Source: Acidobacteriota bacterium
GTDB lineage: Bacteria; Acidobacteriota; UBA6911; RPQK01; JAJDTT01
DNA length: 64,000 bases
Reading direction: 5' to 3'
NCBI GenBank assembly: GCA_965209055.1
Contig: OZ242374.1
Span: 2,752,001-2,816,000, forward strand
Numbering within the stretch: position 1 is the stretch's first letter; every line of letters begins with the position of its first letter. A program made the translations under genes and the position numbers. Positions 20,232 to 30,225 of the stretch are shown here, piece by piece. The notes under the pieces were generated by a model that saw only the letters and a program-made list of their open reading frames with translations, searched no databases and was not told where the DNA came from.

Positions 20232-20483
20232 CCTCCAGGTTTTCGGAGCGAAGTCGTGGGCTTGCTGAGCGCAGTACTCGATCCAGCGGCCTTTTCGGAG
20301 GTCAGAGTCGACAAGGGCATCCAGAGCCTGAATCACCTCTTGGCCAAACCGGTCCGCTACGCCGTGGCGCCCGAACTGTTCTGCCAGGGGCTCCTTCCTG
20401 GGTTCGGCTTGAAACGCTTGATCGTGTTGGCCAAACCAGTCCGGAAGGTGCAGTGCTTCGAGTCATCCGATTCCGGGGATTGA
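20232..20483 (+). repeat. Diverged copy 2 of the 3' end of the esterase gene (17570-17825)
   Basis: GFRSEVVGLLSAVLDPAAFSEVRVDKGIQSLNHLLAKPVRY...SSDSGD* versus native GFRSQVVALLGAALDPTAFSEVKVDKGIKSLDHLLAKPVRY...SSDSRD*. Confidence 0.9.
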
Positions 20484-20621
20484 GACGCTGTCCCTGAAAC
20501 GCTGCATCCTCCGATAAGCCGGGCGCCCAGGGCGCGGGGACATTCTTGTCCTCGTCGTCATCGCCGAAGCGCTTACGCAATTGTACGCAAATGGTAAGAG
20601 AGGTGAATGTCCCCTTTTCAT

Positions 20622-20872
20622 CCGCAGGGTTTCCGGAGCTAAGTGATCGCCCTGTTGGCCGCTGCACTGGACCCAAGAGCCTTTTCGGAGGTCCGGGTCG
20701 AAAAGAGCATGAAGAGCCTGAGCCACCTACTCGCCAAGCCGGTCCGCTACAGGGAGCCCCCAAAACTGTTCTGCTGGGGCTCTTTCCTGAATTCGATCTG
20801 GAGCGTTTGATCCCGTTGGCCGAACCGGTCCGGGCAGTGCAGCGGTTCGACTCATCAGATTTTGGAGATTGA
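20622..20872 (+). repeat. Diverged, frameshifted copy 3 of the esterase 3' end
   Basis: ggtttccggagctaagtgatcgccctgttgg...gccaagccggtccgctac...ttcgatctggagcgtttg...tcagattttggagattga. Confidence 0.9.
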
Positions 20873-21073
20873 GTCCCCAGCGATCACGCGGCGTCCAGGG
20901 AGCGGGGACATTCTTGTCCCCGTCTTCGGCGCCGACGCGGCTGGCCGGAGCGACTGAAGGCGACCATACTCAGCAGGAGCATCGCGTCTCTCAAGCGCCG
21001 CTGTTGGAATTTTGCAGACGGCCTTGGTCTACTGCGTGGTCTTCCCATGGGCGGTGCGACTTTCCTTACGTCT

Positions 21074-21261
21074 CTATCGGATCCGATCGACTCCGAGATC
21101 CCGCCAGATGTTTTTGCCAGGACGTCGACAATATCCCGGTGTCGTGGAATTGCAGAACGCCGGTCACCGCGGTCGTTCCGCCACCAAGAGTGTCTTCCTC
21201 CTTCGCGGACCGGTTCGCAGCCCTGCTTTCGAAGGTGTCTCACCAAGTTGATCCGTTTCAT
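21074..21261 (-). pseudogene. hicA: HicA toxin with -1 frameshift in an A5 run
   Basis: MKRINLVRHLRKQGCEPVREGGRHSWW...AIPRHRDI; one extra A restores the ending AKNIWRDLGVDRIR*. Confidence 0.75.
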
Positions 21262-21467
21262 GCAACAACGACCTTCTCCTCGATGTAGTCGTCTCCCGCA
21301 GCCAATAGAGCGTCCCGCCGGTTGAGTTCAAGCACTTCGGAGAGCGTTTCGGCGAGGCATTGCATCAACTCCTCATGCGTGCGTTCCTGACAATTCACGC
21401 CGGGGACTTCCTCAATCCAGCCGATCCACCATTCGCCACAATGCTTCACGATGGCCGTGAATTCCAT
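21258..21467 (-). CDS. hicB: HicB-like antitoxin (short, no HTH)
   Basis: MEFTAIVKHCGEWWIGWIEEVPGVNCQERTHEELMQCL; AAAGGAG RBS; ATGA overlap with hicA. Confidence 0.85.
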   Translation of the reverse strand: MEFTAIVKHCGEWWIGWIEEVPGVNCQERTHEELMQCLAETLSEVLELNRRDALLAAGDDYIEEKVVVA

Positions 21468-21559
21468 GGTCGCTCCTTTTCTCAAACTTATACGCTTTCC
21501 GGGCGGTCACTGAGTTTCCCTCGATCACCACGTGGCGCCTGTAACCCTGAAATGTCCTT

Positions 21560-21735
21560 CGGAAAGAGAACCGCTTCCCGGTGGTCTTGGTCGCAGCCCA
21601 AGTCAATGCCTCAAATTCCCAACGCTCTTCCGCAGTGAGCGTGACACGATAGCGTGGTGCCATGAGAACCCCTTCTTCCGAGTTCTCCAGCCTCCTGCAA
21701 TAATTTATGCCCAATTACATGTCATGGAGTACCAG
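21560..21735 (-). mobile_element. IS630-family remnant (left end plus transposase N-terminus)
   Basis: MAPRYRVTLTAEERWEFEALT from ATG at 21663; upstream terminal-like GTACTCCATGACATG. Confidence 0.65.
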
Positions 21736-21899
21736 CCGCGGTCCGAGCGGCCCGGGCGCGATTGGAGACGGCGCAATGAGCGGCAGATCGGGCCCGGGAC
21801 AGGATCGGCCTGCGAAGAGTGGGCCACGCTACAAACGAGCGTGCCGGGAACCGGGTCCGAAGGCGCAGAGCAACTTCACAGAACGGGAGAGCGGGAGTC

Positions 21900-23228
21900 A
21901 TGATTGACCAGTGCAGTCATCTGTCAAGGCCCGGGAAGAGGATCGTGATTCTCCTTGGGTCCTGGCTGTGGGTTTTCGGCTTTGCGCCGCAACTCCACCT
22001 TCTTGCCACCGGCGAAATGACTACGGTGTGGTTGCAAGGCCTGACCGTTCGTCTGGAACAGCCCATCCAGGTGACCCAAACCATCGGTCATGCCTGGTTT
22101 CCAACTCTGGCCAAGTTTCCTTCCGGTGAGTTGATGGTGACCTATGCCGTGTCAGCGGATTCCAACGCTAATCCCTATTCGGTTAGGGCCTTTCAGATCT
22201 CCAGAAATGGCGGCCGAAGCTGGGGACACCGCTATGACCTCATCCCCGACCTTCAACCATCCATTTTCGTACCTCAGGCAGATGGATCTCTACTGGCCAT
22301 CCTGGCCCACCTCTACCAACCCGATCGGGAGGAAAGACACAACCTTCACACGAGCTACACTTATTTCGAGCGCGGCGGGAGCCGCGTTGTTGTGGAACCG
22401 GGCGGTGTGCGGGTAACGGACTGGCCTTGGCCGGTGGGCACGTTTCCGAGCCAGATCCCTCGAACCAACTGGATTGCCCGACTGAAGTTCTGCGGCGATG
22501 CTCTTCAGATGGGCGATCGTCTCCTGGCCAGCGGGTACATGAGGACCGGGGGGAACCTGGAGCCTCGAAAGGAAGAGAAGGTGATCAGCCTGCTCTTTGT
22601 TTCTGAGGACAAGGGACGGACATGGCGCTACTTTTCAACCGTGGCTGATCCTTCAGTGATGACTGCTGACGCCCGGAGGCGGGATCCTGAAGATCCGCGC
22701 TACCAGGGTCGGCCCTGGCCTCAAGAACTCTTGGAAGCCAGTGAGACCTCGATGATCCAGCTCGCCGATGGAGACCTCATGGCTGTGTTTCGAGTCGGCC
22801 ATTTCCTGGACTTGGGCCGGACCTACAGCAATGATGGGGGCCGTTCCTGGACCCAGGTGGAGCCCATCCCCCCCTTCAGCGTAGCGCCGAGTATGCTTCG
22901 CACCCGGAATGACACCGTCGTGCTCTCCAGCGGCCGCCCCAGTCTACGTGTCTGGTTCTCGATCGACGCCCGGGCGCAGACTTGGCAGGACATCGACATC
23001 CTCGAACATCACAACCGTTGGGCTCCAGACGCCAGCTATCGCATTTCGCAGCAGGGCCGAAGGGGCGGAAGGGGTCAGACCACCTCTTACACGGAGATCG
23101 TGGAGACCTCGGCCGACCGGCTGCTGCTGGTGTACGACCGCGCTCCCTTCGGCTGGGATCCAACGCCCATCGATTCCGGCGAACGAAGCCGCATTTTCGT
23201 TTTACCGATCGAGGTGCACCGCGATTGA
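21900..23228 (+). CDS. BNR/Asp-box sialidase-family protein
   Basis: SRNGGRSW, SEDKGRTW, SNDGGRSW; DGDLMAVFR; TSYTEI. Confidence 0.78.
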   Translation: MIDQCSHLSRPGKRIVILLGSWLWVFGFAPQLHLLATGEMTTVWLQGLTVRLEQPIQVTQTIGHAWFPTLAKFPSGELMVTYAVSADSNANPYSVRAFQISRNGGRSWGHRYDLIPDLQPSIFVPQADGSLLAILAHLYQPDREERHNLHTSYTYFERGGSRVVVEPGGVRVTDWPWPVGTFPSQIPRTNWIARLKFCGDALQMGDRLLASGYMRTGGNLEPRKEEKVISLLFVSEDKGRTWRYFSTVADPSVMTADARRRDPEDPRYQGRPWPQELLEASETSMIQLADGDLMAVFRVGHFLDLGRTYSNDGGRSWTQVEPIPPFSVAPSMLRTRNDTVVLSSGRPSLRVWFSIDARAQTWQDIDILEHHNRWAPDASYRISQQGRRGGRGQTTSYTEIVETSADRLLLVYDRAPFGWDPTPIDSGERSRIFVLPIEVHRD

Positions 23229-23479
23229 CCGGAGAGCCCGTCGTGGTCTTGGGTAGAAGCTTCCCGGGTGATTGGGTTGAACGAAGTGCGAAATCGACGA
23301 ACGTTTCTTCAAGGGGCTGCCGGGCTGACCGCGCCGCACACACACAAGGTGACTGTCCCCTTTTCGCGTGTCCGCTTTCCTCATGGACTGGCACGGCCGG
23401 TGCGGAATCCGAAGATCACCAGACCGAGCCCTTGATGACCGCGCGGCACCGGGCCAAAGCAGCCGACTTCCCTTGAAGA

Positions 23480-23678
23480 TCCCCTGCTTGACAAGCGCCG
23501 TCTGCGCTCTCTCAGGTCGGACCTGTTAGCGGCGCGTAACGCTACGGGTTTTCGTCTGTATCCATTGAAGGGCGACCGAGCGGGTCAATGGAGCGTGCAT
23601 CTATTGGGCAACAGGCGCGTGGTGTTCCGCTACGATGACGACGAGGCCGTGGATGGGGACTTGGTCGACTACCACTGA
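23480..23678 (+). pseudogene. higB: HigB (RelE-like) toxin remnant lacking its N-terminus
   Basis: GFRLYPLKGDRAGQWSVHLLGNRRVVFRYDDDEAVDGDLVDYH*; no in-frame ATG before the upstream stop. Confidence 0.8.
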
Positions 23679-23695
23679 TGTAAGGAGGAAAGATC

Positions 23696-24016
23696 ATGAA
23701 CCGCACTGGCAGCGAGCGCGTGGGTCCGATGCTGAACCCCCCACACTTGGGCGTACTGATCCGTGAGAGCATGGACGAGGTCGGCTGGAACGTGACCGAG
23801 ACGGCGGCGCGCCTAGGCTGCGAGCGGGGCACCCTGTCGCGTCTGCTGAACGGCAAGGCGGGCGTGTCCGCGAACATGGCGCTCGCGTTGGAAGCCATCG
23901 GCTGGGGTACGGCCGATCACTGGGTGCGGATGCAGGCGAGCTATGAACTCGCGCAGGCGCGAACGGCACGCGGGCGGCAGGAGGACGTGAGCATATGTGG
24001 TGCGGTTCGACGATAA
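23696..24016 (+). CDS. higA: HigA antitoxin (HTH XRE)
   Basis: NPPHLGVLIRE...AARLGCERGTLSRLLNGKAGVSANMALAL...WVRMQASYEL; AGGAGG RBS. Confidence 0.9.
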   Translation: MNRTGSERVGPMLNPPHLGVLIRESMDEVGWNVTETAARLGCERGTLSRLLNGKAGVSANMALALEAIGWGTADHWVRMQASYELAQARTARGRQEDVSICGAVRR

Positions 24017-24410
24017 CATCGTGGAGCTCGAGTGCATTCCGGCGGTCGCTGGCTGATTGGCCTCGTCGCGGCCACGTCCCGTGACCGGTACATGCAGAAA
24101 AAGTCACTCAGAAATAGTGACTGTCTCCGTTCTCACACCCGGATGCGTTGGTGACTTGGCTCCGGCGCTGCTCTGGGCCTTGATCCCGGCTCTCAGCCAA
24201 GACGCGGACGGCTACGACCTGCGCTTGTCTACCATGTGCCCGGAGTGAGCAAGCCCAACCGCAGGCGGAAAAAGTGACGGTCCCCTTCTTGCGGTCGGAC
24301 CGCGCGGCATACGAGAAGGGCGAGACGCAGAGTATCTACAGCGACTTCTTCGCGTCTTCGTAGAGAAGGTGACTGTCCCCCTCTTGTGGTCCGATCGCGA
24401 TTTCTGGTCA

Positions 24411-27400
24411 TCAGAGGTCGCTATCCATGTTTCCCGATGGAGTGTACTCAACTGTCACGCTGCCACGCCGGAGTCGCAGACGGTGACCGACGCCCTCTTC
24501 GAACGGGTTGGGAAGCCAGTCGAGCTGGGGTTGCTCCTGGAACACCCTCCTTATGCGAAGAATACGCCACCGCCAATCTTTCTTGTTCGCGATACGGTTT
24601 GCCGTGTCGATTTGGCCCGACGAAAGATCGAAGCTGGTGCTGTCCTCCGTCGTCGACTTCACCTCGACACACCACGTCTTTCCGTCGTATGCGAATCTGA
24701 AGTCATAGCCGAGGCTGTCGCTTGTCTTGTCCCTCTCGCCTTCCTGCAGGGGCAGGACCTTAGTCCTGAATTCCGAAACCCAGGCACGTTCGTCGATATC
24801 GAACCGGGAGCGCAAGAAGCGGTAGGCGTGCATTTCGCCGACGACCCCCACTAGACCCGGGAGGTGGGGGGAGCCATGTCGTGTTGCGGTCTTGCGATTC
24901 GTAAGGTTCGCGTCGTCCCGGGTTCCGGTGTTCACGACGGGATGGATCGACCGCTCGGCGGATGGAGTGTTCAATGGAGTGAACTCGTCGAGATGGGCTC
25001 GCGGGCCGATTGGTTTTGGAAGATCTTCCAGCCGCGCAAACAAGGTACTCAACGTCTCGGCGCCGCCGACCTCGTAAGGCGTTCCTCCGACGTTGAATGT
25101 CCTGTCCTCTCTTGCCTTCTTGCGAGTCTGGCGTCGACGATTTTGGTGCGTGCGTTCCAAGGATTGGCTAGAAATGTCGAGTGTCGCGCGCATTTCTTCT
25201 ATCGTCTTACAACCGGAGCAGGCGCGGAGGAACTGCGGGTTGGTGAACTGACGCTTCGCCCAGTTGAACAGATCAGCTTCCGACCAGTCCTGTAGGTAAA
25301 TTGAGGCATCCAGACGGAGATCAGGTACTTCCGCGCCTTGCGCCGAATCGGCTCCCGGTTTCGCAAGCCAAGCTTCGTAGAGTTCGCGCACCGATTGGAC
25401 AACGACATCGAGACTCTGCTGGTTGCGACGCGCTATCTCAAGAGGGTCGGGCTGTAGAGTTACGCCTTGTCGCTTGAGCGACGAGTTGAGTTCGTCGATG
25501 GTTCTCACGCCGTCGAGGATATCGAGAAACGGCTTGACTTCTGGGATGGCTTCATATCGAGTTCGTAGCGTACTCAGCACAGCGTCGAACGGTACTTTCC
25601 ACCAGCGGAGAGCCCATTCAGCGTCCATCTCGACGCCCTCGTGCGCCGCCCGGATTTCGGAAAAGATTTTCGCCTTATCGTTCATCGTAGGGAGGTTGGG
25701 GACCGTGTTGGCGACGTGCCGAGCGAAGGCACGAAGTGGACGCGCCGCCTCTTCCAGGTGTCGCCTCACTTGGCCCTCGGAGTGCTTGTTTCCGACTGGG
25801 AGATATTCACCACCGAGCTCCCGGAGGGCGTCGTTCCAATTCGGGAGCGTAGCGGCATCACCGAGGGCATGCCACGCCCTGAGCCCCATCTCGAAGTCAT
25901 CTCGGCACTCTCGAGAGGCCGCTATCAGTTCCTCGGTGGACCATTGCGGGATTTTGGATGACAGCCAACTGGTCAACTGTGCGACATCGGTAGCGGCCGC
26001 ATCCAGACCGGCATCGGAGACATCGAGAAGCTTCACGACTGGCCGAATGCGGTCGACAAGCGTGGAGGTCTCGCCGTACCAACGGTGTCGGATGTCCGCC
26101 AGCGCTTCGGCATCGATCTCCGCTCGATCCAAGGCCTTCTCGATCTGGCACTGCTTCGGTTCGGGTGTTCCGGCGAGGGACCCCAACACTAAACGAAGAT
26201 CCTTGAGCAGATCTTGACGATCGAGAATCGCTTGGCACGCAGCGGCCATGTACTCGTACAAGCTCTGTCGAGCGACATCCCTATGCAAGAGCAGGATGCC
26301 GTCTTTCGACAGCCAATGGGCTCTTGGCGCGCTCCGTGCGACAGTCTGGCCGGCATCCAATAGTTCAATCTCGATGGAGAGGCACTGACGGACGCGGGCC
26401 CTGCGAAGTCGTAAGACGGCTCGTTGCCACCTATCGGTTGCAGGACCCCGTGGGTTCACACCCCCGTGCGCGGCCAGAGTGAGGAGGATGACAGGTAGCC
26501 ATTCGAGGTCCGCTTCGTCAAACGTTTTCATTGCGTCTGCTGCCAGAGCCCCGGAGTAACCGTCGATTAAGCAGCGTTCTTTCAACTCGTTTGCCCGCCT
26601 CGCTCCGAGTTCGTGGACGCGGACCCCGACTAGGCCCCTCGCTTCTTCCGGCCGCATCGCGACGATCGGCTGACCGTGTTCGCGAAGTGACCGTGTCCGC
26701 GCGGGATGATCCGGTAGGTAGGCATCCCCGAGTTCGCTGGCTGTGCGGACAGTCAACGTTCGCGGTTTCGTCCGCACAAGGATTCGCTTGGGGAGGCCTT
26801 GATCCGGGTCCAAATGCCTCCACGCATGACGAATCTGGCCTAGGAATACTTCGAATCCGCCGGCCGGCATCGCATTCCGGGCCTTGGCGTCGGCCAAGGC
26901 TTCGAGGAGAGCCGGCCCGGTCAAAGCGTTCTCCATCGGGTAAACTTCGAGTCCGAGCATCTCCAGAGCCTGAAGTAGCTTCTGGTCTTCGCCCAGGCGA
27001 TGTGCCACTTGTAGTGATAGGGGCGATAGGTGGCGAAAGCGGCCTCTCTGACCTCGCAGGAGAGCCTCGGATACGAACCATCGCTGTCGCAGAGGTTGTC
27101 GGCCGCAGTCGTGGCCGTCATCGAGCCATGGCAGGGTCGAAAGCCAGTGTTTGAGCGGTGATGTGACCCGCTGTGACCAGGACCGGCCCCCATCTTTTGT
27201 GATCCTGACTTTTTCCCAGCCTCCCTTCCATCGGGCAAGTGAGGTAAGGATCAGTTCCGACAAGGCTTTTCGGGCGGAATCTCCGAGGTCCTCACGATGA
27301 AGCACTGCGAGCACTTTGACGTCCTGCAGTTTGTATTGGAACCATCCCTCAAACCCGGGTCTGATCTGGGCTCGAACTTCATCTCGCCAGCTCTCCCAAG

Positions 27401-29975
27401 CTGGTTGGGGTGTGGTTCCGGGGGCGTCCTCGGGAAGATCTGGCCTGTAAGCGCTCATCCCGAACCCGATAGGATCCACGCTGTCGAGCCGGAGCCCATC
27501 CACGACGCCGGCATGTGCGAACAGATCACCGCGATTAGTCTGGTTGACGCCCCAGCGCGAGTCGTGAGGAGGCAGGAGCACATTCCGCAGGAGTTTGTCG
27601 CGGGCCTTGTCGGGAAGGCCGTCGGTCAGTTCCTTCAGATGTTCGCCGCAGCGACCAACCCAGCCCGGTCCGAACGTAGCCTCGCCCATTGCGAACCAAC
27701 CGCCGTAGCAGGCGACCGGCAGTCGCGAGATTAGCGGAAACAGGCTTTCCTGTCCGTCCTCGCCAATCATCTCCAACGTCCAAGCCAGCATGTCAGCGCA
27801 CGACGACGCCTCAAGGCTGCCATGCATGACCGGCAGTTCGGGCAGCGACGGGATGACAACCTCTCGCAGCAGATCCTCTTTGCGGAAGCTCTGCACGAAC
27901 CGCCCGTCGAGGAACTTCTGGATCTCAGTGTTCCGTTGGCGCGGTCCCTCGTGTGTCTTCACGTCGTGGTTGAGGAACGCGATCCGCTGTTTGAGTGAGC
28001 TTGGAATCGAACCGACGAAGTCCGCCGCGTCGTCGGTGCCGCGGCGCGGCCGAAAGAAGATTTGCACGTCGTCGGTCGCCGAAAGGAGCCGGTCGTCTTC
28101 GGTGGGTAGGAATCTGGCTGCGCTAAGAGGATCGCCAGCGAATACCTGCGGCGCGGATCGCAGCACCGGCGGAAGAACGGAGAGAACGCTGCTTAGGAAC
28201 TCATTCCATGTGGCATCGACTTGGCGTCCACGGACTTGCTCGGCCAATTGTTCCAACGTGTTCGTCCACTCCTGATTCCGCGGGCTTGGAGATCCGCCGA
28301 GGGATCGAAGCAGAACCTCAATTGCGTCGTGCCGGTCGTCGAGCGCGGAAGATACCACGTTGAATTCTGCCTGCCTGCGCCACGCTACGCGACCGATGGG
28401 ATCATCGTCGGGGATGGTCGGCATTGTTCGTGCGATTCCGGGTAGGCCCCAGCCATCGTCGCACAGGATCAGCGCAAATTCGTGTAGAGGGAGGCCCCGG
28501 TCGTGCGCCCGTTGACAAAGGCGATTCGTCAGCGACTTAGGGTCGTCGCCCATAGGCGACGCGACAAGATCGATCACCGCTCGTCCCATCCAAGGCTCTG
28601 GAGGCCCTTCCACGAGTTCGATGGTCGCATCGAGTATAAGATCCGCGACAAACTCCAGTAGAAGCTCGTTGTACCGGTCGTCGAAGTAGATCTGCCGACG
28701 GTTCAGTGACCCGTAGAACGGGGCGTTGATGTGCGCGCCGACGGTGGTCTCCTTGTCGGTCGGGAGGAAGATGACGTAGACGCCTGAGCATGACTTCGGC
28801 GTCTCCTCGACCGCGACGGCGAGTTCGACCTGCCGTACTTCCGGCCATCGGTTCGGCAGGTGGCGAACGGCGGTGGCGATCCGTTCCGCGTGGATGGAAT
28901 CGTCTTCACCGCCGACGATCCGACTCCAGACGTGGAAGGAGCGCTCCGTTGGATCGCTTCCGGCCGGTTCCGTCCTGCTGACCTGTAGTCGCTCTTTCCG
29001 CGTGGCCGGATTCGAGCACGAGAGCTCGGAATGGACCTTTCGAGTTAGCTCAACGCGGTCTTCGTCAACGTCGATGCGGAGCATAGACAGGTGATGCAGG
29101 AAGACCATCGCTGCTTCGTCCAACGACCGAAGTTGTTCCCGGACGGAGTCGACGGCCTCACCGGGGCTTCCTGTCTTTCCGCCGTCCAGAGGCAGGCGAA
29201 TGACTGTCACATGCCCGTCTTGGAGCAGACGGGCGACCTCAGCCGGAGGCTCTTCGAGAGACTGCGGGACCACATAGGGTGAAAGGTACTTGTTCACCTC
29301 TTCCATAGGATCGATGTCATTCTGGGCCAACTGGCTTTGGTACTCATTGATCTGTTCCTGAGACCAGTTCACGGCGGATTCCGTACCGAACGCTGGGGCG
29401 GTCGGTCGGTCACCGTCTAGAAGCAACCGGGCTACTCGGGCGATCGGTTCGCAAACGCGGGGGTCGAAGCCGAACGCGAAGGCAATGTTGCTTCCCGTCG
29501 GCGCCGTCGACCACACCTGCGGGCAGGTGGATAGTTCGAGAACACTCTGAAAGCCGAGTCCCTTGTTTCCGACGCTCTCATTGGGATCCTTTGGGCTTTG
29601 CGCGAGTTGGCAGATGCCGATGAAGTCGGATGTTAGAAAGGGTCGGCCGCTGTTGGCGACGAGTAGTTCAGGTTCACGAGCCGATCTCAGCACGAAGGAG
29701 ATTCGTCGCGGATCATGGTTGCTGGCGAAAGGAAGGACATCGTGGGCGTTCTGCAGCAGCTCAAGGATCGCCCTGCCCCTGTATTCCTGTGCGACTTGGT
29801 CCCGCAGACTCGCAACAGTCCGGTAATTCCGAGTTCCGTTCCTTAGCTCATCAAGGAAAGTCCGCACCTGCCGTAGGGCTTGAGCATCGATGATTTCTTT
29901 GCCCGCCAGTCTGCACCGGCGGTCGAACTCCTCCTGGTCTTCAGGAGTCATCGAGTGGGTCTCGCGTACAGTCAT
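24411..29975 (-). CDS. Sacsin-like GHKL ATPase with C-terminal DUF3883 (NO VEIN) PD-(D/E)xK nuclease, 1854 aa
   Basis: LELLQNAHD, VANSGRPF, GNKGLGFQS Bergerat motifs; HINAPF; C-terminal GVVGEMHAY...DSLGYDF...VEVKST. Confidence 0.8.
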   Translation of the reverse strand: MTVRETHSMTPEDQEEFDRRCRLAGKEIIDAQALRQVRTFLDELRNGTRNYRTVASLRDQVAQEYRGRAILELLQNAHDVLPFASNHDPRRISFVLRSAREPELLVANSGRPFLTSDFIGICQLAQSPKDPNESVGNKGLGFQSVLELSTCPQVWSTAPTGSNIAFAFGFDPRVCEPIARVARLLLDGDRPTAPAFGTESAVNWSQEQINEYQSQLAQNDIDPMEEVNKYLSPYVVPQSLEEPPAEVARLLQDGHVTVIRLPLDGGKTGSPGEAVDSVREQLRSLDEAAMVFLHHLSMLRIDVDEDRVELTRKVHSELSCSNPATRKERLQVSRTEPAGSDPTERSFHVWSRIVGGEDDSIHAERIATAVRHLPNRWPEVRQVELAVAVEETPKSCSGVYVIFLPTDKETTVGAHINAPFYGSLNRRQIYFDDRYNELLLEFVADLILDATIELVEGPPEPWMGRAVIDLVASPMGDDPKSLTNRLCQRAHDRGLPLHEFALILCDDGWGLPGIARTMPTIPDDDPIGRVAWRRQAEFNVVSSALDDRHDAIEVLLRSLGGSPSPRNQEWTNTLEQLAEQVRGRQVDATWNEFLSSVLSVLPPVLRSAPQVFAGDPLSAARFLPTEDDRLLSATDDVQIFFRPRRGTDDAADFVGSIPSSLKQRIAFLNHDVKTHEGPRQRNTEIQKFLDGRFVQSFRKEDLLREVVIPSLPELPVMHGSLEASSCADMLAWTLEMIGEDGQESLFPLISRLPVACYGGWFAMGEATFGPGWVGRCGEHLKELTDGLPDKARDKLLRNVLLPPHDSRWGVNQTNRGDLFAHAGVVDGLRLDSVDPIGFGMSAYRPDLPEDAPGTTPQPAWESWRDEVRAQIRPGFEGWFQYKLQDVKVLAVLHREDLGDSARKALSELILTSLARWKGGWEKVRITKDGGRSWSQRVTSPLKHWLSTLPWLDDGHDCGRQPLRQRWFVSEALLRGQRGRFRHLSPLSLQVAHRLGEDQKLLQALEMLGLEVYPMENALTGPALLEALADAKARNAMPAGGFEVFLGQIRHAWRHLDPDQGLPKRILVRTKPRTLTVRTASELGDAYLPDHPARTRSLREHGQPIVAMRPEEARGLVGVRVHELGARRANELKERCLIDGYSGALAADAMKTFDEADLEWLPVILLTLAAHGGVNPRGPATDRWQRAVLRLRRARVRQCLSIEIELLDAGQTVARSAPRAHWLSKDGILLLHRDVARQSLYEYMAAACQAILDRQDLLKDLRLVLGSLAGTPEPKQCQIEKALDRAEIDAEALADIRHRWYGETSTLVDRIRPVVKLLDVSDAGLDAAATDVAQLTSWLSSKIPQWSTEELIAASRECRDDFEMGLRAWHALGDAATLPNWNDALRELGGEYLPVGNKHSEGQVRRHLEEAARPLRAFARHVANTVPNLPTMNDKAKIFSEIRAAHEGVEMDAEWALRWWKVPFDAVLSTLRTRYEAIPEVKPFLDILDGVRTIDELNSSLKRQGVTLQPDPLEIARRNQQSLDVVVQSVRELYEAWLAKPGADSAQGAEVPDLRLDASIYLQDWSEADLFNWAKRQFTNPQFLRACSGCKTIEEMRATLDISSQSLERTHQNRRRQTRKKAREDRTFNVGGTPYEVGGAETLSTLFARLEDLPKPIGPRAHLDEFTPLNTPSAERSIHPVVNTGTRDDANLTNRKTATRHGSPHLPGLVGVVGEMHAYRFLRSRFDIDERAWVSEFRTKVLPLQEGERDKTSDSLGYDFRFAYDGKTWCVEVKSTTEDSTSFDLSSGQIDTANRIANKKDWRWRILRIRRVFQEQPQLDWLPNPFEEGVGHRLRLRRGSVTVEYTPSGNMDSDL

Positions 29976-30225
29976 CGCGCTCTGTCGTTACTCCGCGCGA
30001 CCGTGACGAATTTCGCCGCTTCGCGTAATCACCCGGCATGAGTCCGGTCCAAGTTGCCGTCCTGGGCCTTCGCGACTCCATCATTGTTTCTGTGTGCAAA
30101 AGCCAAGGTTTCACCCTGGCCCGCATCGTGAAGTTGTAGGTCACCATGGAACCCCCGGCCCAGGCAACGTCCGGTACCATGAGTTCTAATGAAAGGACGG
30201 TCGGACACCCAAGAAAACAGAGCGC

